Virus record (IMG/VR): IMGVR_UViG_3300044730_002015
Span: 1 to 64,000 of that record
Source of the DNA: a virus
DNA length: 64,000 bases
Direction: 5' to 3' (one strand)
Position 1 is the stretch's first letter. Every line of letters starts with the position of its first letter. The notes beneath the pieces are model-generated. The model saw only the letters and a program-made list of their open reading frames with translations. It was not told the origin of the DNA and ran no database searches. Position numbers and translations under genes: made by a program. Positions 1 to 7,618 of the stretch are shown one piece after another.

Positions 1-164
1 CCCTGCTGACATTTCAAATACTGTTGATATGGATAGGCCTTGTAGTTGTACAAGTCCTTTTCGTCAAACTTGTATCCAGCCTTGCGGCAAAAATCCAGAT
101 ATAGTTCAAGGTCGTCCAAGACCTGTGTAGTACGCGGATTATGTTTGATTGTGAACTTTGCCAT
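1..164 (-). CDS. hypothetical protein, runs off the window edge (MAKFTIKHNPRTTQVLDDLELYLDFCRKAGY...)
   Basis: ATG at 164 directly after the stop of the QueD-like gene; frame stays open to position 1; not in the ORF track. Confidence 0.7.
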   Translation of the reverse strand, partial: MAKFTIKHNPRTTQVLDDLELYLDFCRKAGYKFDEKDLYNYKAYPYQQYLKCQQ

Positions 165-165
165 T

Positions 166-696
166 TTAGATCCTCACTGATTGATGTGGCATGGTGGTGT
201 TATAACGGATTCTGCATCCGTTCTCATTATCCTCCGAGACTTCAATTTCAATGTCTCGGTCGGGATATCTTTGGGCTATTTTATGATACAACTCTTCTGC
301 GATCATTTCGCAGCTTCGGTTGTTGAGTTCCAGTTGAGAGGTTCGTGCCAGTTCAGTTCCATCTTTATCACGGGAAACGGCCCGATTAGACAACTCTGAA
401 CCCAGGGATCCGGATGGCGAGTACATTGACAAGAGCCAGCGTTTGAACTGGATGAACTCGATATCGCGGTCGTCGTGCATAACAGCGATTGACACCCGGA
501 AATGGAAAATGTGACGATGAGGACTAGCAAGAAACGATACATCATATTCATCACCTGTGGCCAACTTGGGATCAGTGGCCGCTGCTGGGTAGCGGTGGAT
601 ACCTTCACGTGTGAAAGTGACCCAGATCATTCGCTGTGCATGATTACTTATGCGCTGTTGTTGTTCTATGAGGCTGAGTTGTCTTTGTGTGTTCAT
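166..696 (-). CDS. QueD-like (6-carboxy-tetrahydropterin synthase / T-fold) protein
   Basis: His cluster (GIH...PHRHIFHF), SCEMIA and C-terminal VSED motifs as in QueD/PTPS-like enzymes; lies beside a TGT-family gene. Confidence 0.65.
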   Translation of the reverse strand: MNTQRQLSLIEQQQRISNHAQRMIWVTFTREGIHRYPAAATDPKLATGDEYDVSFLASPHRHIFHFRVSIAVMHDDRDIEFIQFKRWLLSMYSPSGSLGSELSNRAVSRDKDGTELARTSQLELNNRSCEMIAEELYHKIAQRYPDRDIEIEVSEDNENGCRIRYNTTMPHQSVRI

Positions 697-1208
697 ACTA
701 TTTCGTCCTTTTCGTATTTGCTCCAGTCGGTGAATCGTGATCTACGCATGAGATCGTGTAAAGGATGCACCCATACACCTGGATTGGTGGCTGCAAAATC
801 TTCGTCGTCGATTTTAACGCAGGTATTGTAGTTCCAAAGTCTGATGCGAGGAACCGGTACTTTGATAATGGGAATGAATCGATCACGCTCGCACAGACCA
901 CCTTCGTGAAACTGCTGTACATATTCAAAGGGTATGTCCAGACTGCACCAAAAGCCGCGATCTAAAAATGTTTCAATGACCGTTTCCCAGGCCACATAAT
1001 CCTGTGTGGTCTTGGGCCGATAACTGTCATTGGCACCAAAGAAGATATGATCCACTGTGCGAGGTATGTCCAATTTGGCTTCGATCTCTTCCACAGTGTG
1101 ATAGCCTATAACAAACAAAGTCGGCCGGCCCAGTGCAGGAGTGTGTTCAACTTCTTCGCCAAAGAAGAAATCAGCCGATTCGTGGCCTTGTCTAATCATC
1201 GTGACCAA
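693..1208 (-). CDS. hypothetical protein within the deazaguanine module
   Basis: 171-aa ORF overlapping both neighbours; no motif recognised. Confidence 0.7.
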   Translation of the reverse strand: MVTMIRQGHESADFFFGEEVEHTPALGRPTLFVIGYHTVEEIEAKLDIPRTVDHIFFGANDSYRPKTTQDYVAWETVIETFLDRGFWCSLDIPFEYVQQFHEGGLCERDRFIPIIKVPVPRIRLWNYNTCVKIDDEDFAATNPGVWVHPLHDLMRRSRFTDWSKYEKDEIV

Positions 1209-1392
1209 CCTCTTGATCTATGTCGTGTTGTAATCTTCTTAGTTTAGCAAGTTCGTCTCTATAGAGCAACCTTTGTTTCTTCATTTCGTGCAATTGATTG
1301 TCTTCAAAGGTACCAGTTTTTTCCATTACATCAATCTTTTTGTCTAGGATCCTGTGCATCTCTTCCAAATGTTTGATACGATTTTCGTACAC
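1192..1392 (-). CDS. DUF465/YdcH-like small coiled-coil protein
   Basis: LEEMHRILDKKI...HEMKKQRLLYRDEL pattern typical of DUF465. Confidence 0.6.
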   Translation of the reverse strand: MYENRIKHLEEMHRILDKKIDVMEKTGTFEDNQLHEMKKQRLLYRDELAKLRRLQHDIDQEVGHDD

Positions 1393-1401
1393 CTCTATCT
1401 C

Positions 1402-2895
1402 CTAACTAATGGTAAAAAGTTCATTAAATTTAGTGTTGGCGTTTTTGGCCTTTTTGCCTTTGAATCCCCTTACACCAATGATCTCCATCCAGTAACTGTG
1501 ATAATGATCAATGATGGCCAGGCTATCATCTCGGGTGGGCGCAGAAAAAATCCTTTCTACTATGTCACGGAAAGTGTCTCCGCTGATCTGATTGCGCAAC
1601 ATCTCTGGTATCACACCTGAGTCATAACGCCGGTTGGCTTCCTGCGTGGCGCGGATATGTGTCCAAACATTATGTGCCATTAGTAGTGCGTAACTGAAAC
1701 TGTCCCAAGATGTGTTGCCTTCCTTGCCTACTTTATTTAGATCGCCCGGTCGGTATATGCAAATATCTCGCATACGAAGCATTTGGCTCACCGGCGAATC
1801 TTCCCAACGTTCATAGATGCCATCTGCTATGACACCTGTGGCCCAGGGTCTGGTATCTGTGGAATATTTCTTGTCATCTGCTGAAGGAGCCATACGATAA
1901 CTGAATCTGCCATCGTGTTCGAAAATACTTTCGTAATAGACCTGACCGTTGGCAGTGGCCAGGAATGGGCTTGCACAGTCATAACTGATGGTAAAGTTGG
2001 CATTGACATGGCGCCTGATGGCACGCTGTATGTCTGTGAGTAAGCAACTCCACTCTAGTTTACTGATGCCTAAAAAGTGCATCCAATCATGCACACCTTG
2101 TTGTAACAATCCGTCATAGCGTAAGGTAACCAATCGGCGCAGTATCAGTTCCATATCGGCCATGTTTTGTCCACCCATGGCCCAGCCATTGAAATGTGTT
2201 GTGGGATAGCGACCGGGATCCGAGTAATGTTTCATGGTATCATACCAATCATCGGCAGCACGATGATTGTCACCTTGCAACACATTCAATATGCGTGTGC
2301 CACCGTTGTTGATGCCACGGCGATTGGCCATAAAGAAGTCGTTGTTGTACTTGGTGGCGTCTACCAGTTCTTGCCCCGACTGGAAGTTTCCAACCTTGCT
2401 GTTGGCTTCGCGATCGTGTATGACCCAAGTGGGAATATCCAAGGTCATGGCATAGTTAGAAATATTATCCAACCAACGCAGACTGGATTCTCTGTATTTT
2501 TGTGCCCGCGCACAGCCGGATCCGGCACGCCAATCACCTTCCCACTTTCCCTTGGCAATCTGGAATCCTCCGGAGTCGCCCAGTATCACAGTATCAGGAT
2601 CTGCGTCAATGCGATTCCTGACCATGTCTTCAGACCAGTCCTGCTTGGCCAGATCAAGATTGGCGTGTCCGCCGGAGTAAAGACTGTAACGATAAGGGAA
2701 TATGCCTTTCTTGGCATTGAGCCAGTTCAACTGCTCCATGTCAGTCATGCCAGGTGGAAACCTAGCAGGATCCACATAAGGACCATTTGCCGGATCTCTT
2801 TGCTTGCCTATGAATGTGGCATAGAATCCCGAGATAGCCGGCAAGAAAACAGCATAGTCCTTTTGCTTGGCAGTCAAATCATCACGCTCGGTCAT
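1402..2895 (-). CDS. dpdA: DpdA-like DNA 7-deazaguanine transglycosylase (TGT family)
   Basis: TGT catalytic motifs: ILGDSGGFQ, MTLDIP, NVLQG, WAMGG, MHFLG, SYDCAS, AHN; adjacent QueD-like gene. Confidence 0.75.
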   Translation of the reverse strand: MTERDDLTAKQKDYAVFLPAISGFYATFIGKQRDPANGPYVDPARFPPGMTDMEQLNWLNAKKGIFPYRYSLYSGGHANLDLAKQDWSEDMVRNRIDADPDTVILGDSGGFQIAKGKWEGDWRAGSGCARAQKYRESSLRWLDNISNYAMTLDIPTWVIHDREANSKVGNFQSGQELVDATKYNNDFFMANRRGINNGGTRILNVLQGDNHRAADDWYDTMKHYSDPGRYPTTHFNGWAMGGQNMADMELILRRLVTLRYDGLLQQGVHDWMHFLGISKLEWSCLLTDIQRAIRRHVNANFTISYDCASPFLATANGQVYYESIFEHDGRFSYRMAPSADDKKYSTDTRPWATGVIADGIYERWEDSPVSQMLRMRDICIYRPGDLNKVGKEGNTSWDSFSYALLMAHNVWTHIRATQEANRRYDSGVIPEMLRNQISGDTFRDIVERIFSAPTRDDSLAIIDHYHSYWMEIIGVRGFKGKKAKNANTKFNELFTIS

Positions 2896-3011
2896 CGATC
2901 TTCTCTAGGGCCAAACAGTCGTCCAATGGTTCTACCAATCACAATGACCAGTGCCATGATGGCAACAAACGTCACGCCAGACAATATCAAACCGTAGATT
3001 AAGTCTGTCAT
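2892..3011 (-). CDS. 39-aa single-pass membrane protein (MTDLIYGLILSGVTFVAIMALVIVIGRTIGRLFGPREDR)
   Basis: Fills the gap exactly, with ATGA overlaps to both flanking genes; one hydrophobic helix. Confidence 0.65.
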   Translation of the reverse strand: MTDLIYGLILSGVTFVAIMALVIVIGRTIGRLFGPREDR

Positions 3012-3745
3012 TTGGTCTGTGCCGGCAAAATGTATTTGTACACAGCGATACCTGAATCAACTGTGATCATGGCAGCACCTGCGGATGCGATATGCACTTT
3101 CTTGTCGCCTACCAGGTCCAAGATGGAAATAACCTGTTTCACAGGAAAACTCCAGGCGCGGCTGAGTTTGTTGCCGCAGCCGGGATGGAACACAAAGTTA
3201 CCAGCGTGTGTTGAGTGATCGCCAAAGTAAAACATCAAATCTTCTTTTTCAGTTTTGGCAGTGAACAGCGGCTCTTCGGAGTTGGCCGATGCTTGCATTT
3301 TGAGTCTTTGCACTCCGGCGATGGTGGGTTCGAATGCCAGGTCCCAAACAGGCTCTTTGAACGTGACCTTTTTGAGTTTCTCATTGGCCAGTTCCGGCGC
3401 CATGAAGCGATAGTCATTTTTGAAGTCGCTGTCTTTGTTTTCAAAGTGTATGCTGTCTAGGATCTTTTCGCCGTTGCGATCACGCTGTGTGATAGTAATC
3501 TTGGCGTCCTCGCGATACACTTCCAGATTTAACAGTGTGCTGAGTTTGCCAAGATTGGGCATACCCAGTGTGCCAATAAACTCGGCCACCGGCGTTTTGA
3601 AAGCGGCCTGCAACACCACGGATTTGTCTTCGCTGAGTCCTTCCAAATCAGTGGATTTGTCAGTGCCTGTGATTTTTACCACATCAATGTTGCCTAGCTT
3701 GTGCGTATGCTCCACGATGTCTTGTAGTGTGTCTTTGATGCTCAT
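3008..3745 (-). CDS. putative sliding clamp (gp45/PCNA-like)
   Basis: 245 aa, directly downstream of the DNA polymerase; beta-rich two-domain pattern ending YKYILPA; clamp loader present in the window; AAGGAG RBS. Confidence 0.65.
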   Translation of the reverse strand: MSIKDTLQDIVEHTHKLGNIDVVKITGTDKSTDLEGLSEDKSVVLQAAFKTPVAEFIGTLGMPNLGKLSTLLNLEVYREDAKITITQRDRNGEKILDSIHFENKDSDFKNDYRFMAPELANEKLKKVTFKEPVWDLAFEPTIAGVQRLKMQASANSEEPLFTAKTEKEDLMFYFGDHSTHAGNFVFHPGCGNKLSRAWSFPVKQVISILDLVGDKKVHIASAGAAMITVDSGIAVYKYILPAQTK

Positions 3746-3764
3746 TGCTTCTCCTTGTGAGGTA

Positions 3765-3800
3765 TATTTAGATTGTACAGCAAAAAATGATAGATTTCAA
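3765..3800 (-). promoter_or_regulatory. sigma70-like promoter (TTGAAA-17-TACAAT) followed by a TAAATA late-type element
   Basis: -35 at 3800-3795, -10 at 3777-3772, TAAATA at 3770-3765, upstream of the clamp gene. Confidence 0.55.
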
Positions 3801-3808
3801 TGACTTTT

Positions 3809-6469
3809 TTAATCAAAACTAAAAAGATTGTCAAAGGTTGAATTGATCTGCGTGTTACTGGCCAAGTCCCAATTCATCACACCCAGCAGGTTTTCCACCT
3901 TTTCGTCGATCACCGCGGTCTCCATGGCAGCATCATCAAAGGGTAAATCTCGGAACCACTGCGGCAAATGCAGTTGGTCAGTAGGGTAGGCCACCGATGT
4001 GAAGTTTAGCGGATTGCCTTTGAGTTTGCACACAATCACTTTCATACCGTCCACGATCTGTAGGCTGTACTTGTCGCCGTGCATTCGTCTGAGATTATTC
4101 CAATTCATTGAAGCACGCACGTGGCCTGGCATATTGGCTCGACCCAGCCGCTCTTCTTCTTTGACGAACTTGGTCAAGTTGTTCACACGCTTGGGCGACC
4201 CTTTTTCCCAGGCTGGTCTTTCTGTGAACTTGATTTTGAACTCTTTGACTTCGTTGATCACCCAGTCCTTGTCCGAACCCTGCAGCACGTGAGTCAGCAG
4301 ATGTAGCAAGAACTCTTGTATGACCTTGGGAGTATCAGCACGCTTGAGATCCAGGCCCATGGCTTTGATCTGTCCAGGTTCGCCATTGACATCCTTGCGC
4401 TTGCCTTCTTTGTCATAGATCATGACCGCATAACGCTTTTTGGTGATGTAGAGTCCTTTGATGGCCACCAGTTCCCTACCACCACGTATGATCTCACCGT
4501 GAGCTCTGCGACAGTGGAAAGCCTGCTCCATGAAGCCAGGAAAGGAATCATTCAGTTGATCAGCTATGGTGTCATAGATCTGTATGGCAGTGTCTTTGTC
4601 CCAGGCTATGTCTCCGGCATCAATCTGCGGCTTCAGTGTAGAATACGCAGAAAAGTAACAGGAATCAGTGTCACCGTAGATAATGGCATCGCCCACGTGA
4701 TCATACCGGCCTGTGACTGCTTCGTTGATAAACGCAGCCATGTGACGTGCAATTTGCCGGCCCACCAGTGTGGTTGACTGACCGATACGTTTGTCAAAGA
4801 ACCTACAGCCAGGATTGAGAATGGCGCCGTAGAGACTGTTCAAGTTGATCTTTTTCACCAACTGTCGCTTGTCCCAGAACTCAATGTCTTCTTTGGTCTT
4901 GGCTTCTTTGAGATTCTTCTGCAGTTCTTTGCGCTCTTTGTACCAGCGTGCCAGCAGCCCTGGTACCACACCTTCGCGCTCGTAGGTAAAGATAGTGCCA
5001 TTGGCCGACAAGCAGTAAGGAGTGTGGCTGTCAAAGACCATGCTCCAAATTTCTGCTGCCGACAGGTCTTGGCTGGTGCCATCTTCCCAGTCCACAGTGA
5101 GCACTGTGCCGCGCTCACGATTCATCACAGCAGTGTATTCCAAGGAACCAAACACATTCTCCCAGGCAGCAGCAAAGGAGTTGCCGGCCAGCATCTTGCT
5201 TTTGAGATGTGCGTCGGTCATGGTGGGTCTCAATTGTCCAACGATGGTCTCGGGAGCCATGTTCAGTGCTTGGATGGCCGAAGGATACAGACTGTTGATG
5301 TCCACTGCACCTATGTAGTCATGCAAGCCTTTTTTGGGATAGGCCACATACGCACCTGCGGCTGCTGTGTCATCGTCAGTGAGGCGCTGTTTGCGGCTGG
5401 GCACCACCAGGCCACGCTCGTGTGCTTCATTGATGATGGCCTGTTCTGTCACTGCCACTGCTCCTGCTGTGGTGGGCAGTAACACCGTGTTCTCATGTGC
5501 GATTTCATTGGCCAAGTCTAGGAATTTAAGTTTCTTGTCCAGTTTGGCCAGGAGGGCCACGTCTTGTCTGTTGTAGTCTATGAACACCCGCCAATCTTTG
5601 TTGTACAAACTGTCCAGCGTGCCTTCATAGGCCAACTTGCGCTCGCCCAGTTCATATTCGCCAATGGCGTCCAGGGAATAACTGTGCCGTTCTTCATAGG
5701 TGTATTTCCTGTACAGTTGCATATAGTCCATATGCACACGACCTATCAAGTCAAAGGTCTCTGACTCTTTGCCAAAACGTTCAAAGGTGCGCTGTTTAGG
5801 AAACTGGCTCCATAAACAGAACTTGCGTGTGTCATCTCGGCTGAGAATGCGTGTCACACGATTTACAGTGTAGGGAATATCATAGCCTTCTGAGTTCCAG
5901 CCCGACAGCACATCTGCGTCTTCTATGAGATCAAGGAATGTTTCCAGCAACTGACCTTCGTCACGGAACACAAATGTGTTGTCAAAGTGCTGTGCGATTT
6001 CGGCAGCAGTTTCATCGCTCATGCCTGCAGGAGGCACCACCAAGGTGACTAACTTGTCCATCCAGTCTAAATACACACTGATGGCTGTGATGGGATTGAA
6101 TGGATCTGACGGATCAGCAAAGCCTTTGTCTTGATCGAAACCTGTTTCGATGTCAAAGAATGCCACGTGCAATTCGGGCGACTTTTTGCCTTTGTAGTTT
6201 TCTTCCAAGCATCGCAACACAGGTTTGATGTCCTGCTCATACAAGGTCTTGCCCGACTGTATGCGTATTTCTTTTTGGAATTCTTTAAAGTTTCGTGTGC
6301 TGAATCTTGCAACGGGCGTGTCATACACACTGCGGAATTTGCCACGAGGATCATCATAGTAAAAGATATAGTTGGCTGGATACTCTTCGTATCTCCTTGC
6401 ACCTGCTACACGCTCTACTACATAGATACGATCTTCATCGCGGCTGTGTAGTGCATCAACATAACTCAA
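3809..6469 (-). CDS. family B DNA polymerase (T4 gp43-like) with 3'-5' exonuclease
   Basis: FFDIET (ExoI), WNSEGYDIPY (ExoII), YNRQD (ExoIII), DINSLYPS, KKINLNSLYG, YGDTDS; probable TTG start at 6469 with GGAG RBS. Confidence 0.97.
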   Translation of the reverse strand: MSYVDALHSRDEDRIYVVERVAGARRYEEYPANYIFYYDDPRGKFRSVYDTPVARFSTRNFKEFQKEIRIQSGKTLYEQDIKPVLRCLEENYKGKKSPELHVAFFDIETGFDQDKGFADPSDPFNPITAISVYLDWMDKLVTLVVPPAGMSDETAAEIAQHFDNTFVFRDEGQLLETFLDLIEDADVLSGWNSEGYDIPYTVNRVTRILSRDDTRKFCLWSQFPKQRTFERFGKESETFDLIGRVHMDYMQLYRKYTYEERHSYSLDAIGEYELGERKLAYEGTLDSLYNKDWRVFIDYNRQDVALLAKLDKKLKFLDLANEIAHENTVLLPTTAGAVAVTEQAIINEAHERGLVVPSRKQRLTDDDTAAAGAYVAYPKKGLHDYIGAVDINSLYPSAIQALNMAPETIVGQLRPTMTDAHLKSKMLAGNSFAAAWENVFGSLEYTAVMNRERGTVLTVDWEDGTSQDLSAAEIWSMVFDSHTPYCLSANGTIFTYEREGVVPGLLARWYKERKELQKNLKEAKTKEDIEFWDKRQLVKKINLNSLYGAILNPGCRFFDKRIGQSTTLVGRQIARHMAAFINEAVTGRYDHVGDAIIYGDTDSCYFSAYSTLKPQIDAGDIAWDKDTAIQIYDTIADQLNDSFPGFMEQAFHCRRAHGEIIRGGRELVAIKGLYITKKRYAVMIYDKEGKRKDVNGEPGQIKAMGLDLKRADTPKVIQEFLLHLLTHVLQGSDKDWVINEVKEFKIKFTERPAWEKGSPKRVNNLTKFVKEEERLGRANMPGHVRASMNWNNLRRMHGDKYSLQIVDGMKVIVCKLKGNPLNFTSVAYPTDQLHLPQWFRDLPFDDAAMETAVIDEKVENLLGVMNWDLASNTQINSTFDNLFSFD

Positions 6470-6532
6470 ATTCGTTCTCCTATGCACACTTTGGGCTGTG
6501 CAAATACCAATCTTGCCTTGAGGCGGCGAACC

Positions 6533-6841
6533 TTATGACTGCTGTATAATTAGCTTGATCAGTCCTATGCTGTCAATAATACTCAGCAACAAATAATTTC
6601 CCAGGATACCAAAACTGCCACGAGTGTAGGCACACCATGCCATAATCAAGCAGCCGGTAATGAATGCAGAGTACAACGGGATAAACGGCAAGTGGGGCAC
6701 AGTCCAAGCATAGGTAACACTACAGCCTATGCTGATGGCCCAACCGGTCATTTCCAAGCAAAAGCGAAAGGGATTTTCTCTCCAGTCGTTTTTGACATAG
6801 TCCCCAATGCTGTCTCGCCACTGGGCATATGTACTGGTCAC
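6533..6841 (-). CDS. small multi-pass membrane protein
   Basis: three hydrophobic segments; ATGA overlap with the upstream gene. Confidence 0.7.
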   Translation of the reverse strand: MTSTYAQWRDSIGDYVKNDWRENPFRFCLEMTGWAISIGCSVTYAWTVPHLPFIPLYSAFITGCLIMAWCAYTRGSFGILGNYLLLSIIDSIGLIKLIIQQS

Positions 6842-7101
6842 AGAGTCTTGCCAACTGTGGTCAGGATATTTTCCAACAGTTCGTGATCTTGTTGCTCTTT
6901 ACCAAACTCGGCCTTGTGAGCGATCTTGATGGCCTTTTTGAGGATTGAGGGTTTGATTTCCATTTCCTCAGCAATGGCCTTGACTGTGTCGTTGAGACCT
7001 TCGGTCAAGGTTTCGATTTCGTGCATGACCTGGCTACCCTCGTTGAACAGTTGTGTGAGTTTGGCTTTTTGTTCCGAGGAAAAATTACGGGATTGTGACA
7101 T
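6838..7101 (-). CDS. small dsDNA-binding protein (T4 DsbA / GapR-like)
   Basis: 87-aa helical protein, pattern KAIAEEMEIKPSILKKAIKIAHK; TAGGAG RBS. Confidence 0.55.
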   Translation of the reverse strand: MSQSRNFSSEQKAKLTQLFNEGSQVMHEIETLTEGLNDTVKAIAEEMEIKPSILKKAIKIAHKAEFGKEQQDHELLENILTTVGKTL

Positions 7102-7110
7102 CTGAGACTC

Positions 7111-7155
7111 CTAAGTTAATGATACAATATTAACTTAGTGTCCTCGGCGTGTCAA
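7111..7155 (-). promoter_or_regulatory. sigma70-like promoter (TTGACA-17-TAATAT) overlapping a 10-bp inverted repeat that reaches the RBS
   Basis: TTGACA 7155-7150, TAATAT 7132-7127; inverted repeat ctaagttaat (7111-7120) / attaacttag (7129-7138). Confidence 0.55.
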
Positions 7156-7167
7156 CGATTATTTTGT

Positions 7168-7605
7168 TCAGTTACACCAACTTTGTTTGGCTTCGCCATA
7201 ATATTCTCTGGCAAAACCGTTTTTGATCAATTCGGCACGCAGGCTACGACCATCCACGATGACATCACCCAACACACGGCCACCAAACTTGTCCCAGTCG
7301 ATCAATGCTATCTGTGTTTTTTTGGCAGATGCCACAAATGCCTTGGTAAACTCAGTGGCAGCAGCTCCGCGCTTGGCTTCAGATTCGCATTTGGCACGAT
7401 GCCCTTTTTCTGGCGTGTCCACACCATACACTCTCACGCTGAGTTTTTTCTTCAGCGGGTCAGGCAACCAAGGCGCCGCAAACTCAACAGTGTCGCCGTC
7501 TACCACTCGGGTAACCGACCAGTCATGGAGTTTTGATTCGGGCTGTTTCTGCGCCCAGGCCGGTATGGCGATGATTAATGCAAAAAAAACAAAGAGTTTT
7601 GACAT
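7168..7605 (-). CDS. thermonuclease (SNase family) with N-terminal signal peptide
   Basis: RVVDGDT, VRVYGVDTPE, DKFGGRVLG, LIKNGFA motifs; signal peptide MSKLFVFFALIIAIPAWA. Confidence 0.92.
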   Translation of the reverse strand: MSKLFVFFALIIAIPAWAQKQPESKLHDWSVTRVVDGDTVEFAAPWLPDPLKKKLSVRVYGVDTPEKGHRAKCESEAKRGAAATEFTKAFVASAKKTQIALIDWDKFGGRVLGDVIVDGRSLRAELIKNGFAREYYGEAKQSWCN

Positions 7606-7618
7606 TTTGATTCCTTTA

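Noticed and set aside
2167-2997. 276-aa plus-strand ORF
   Set aside because: Antisense shadow of the well-supported dpdA-like gene; no motifs or RBS
3809-6487. Possible intein or intron in the DNA polymerase; ATG start at 6487
   Set aside because: All motifs are contiguous at normal spacing; TTG at 6469 has the better-placed RBS
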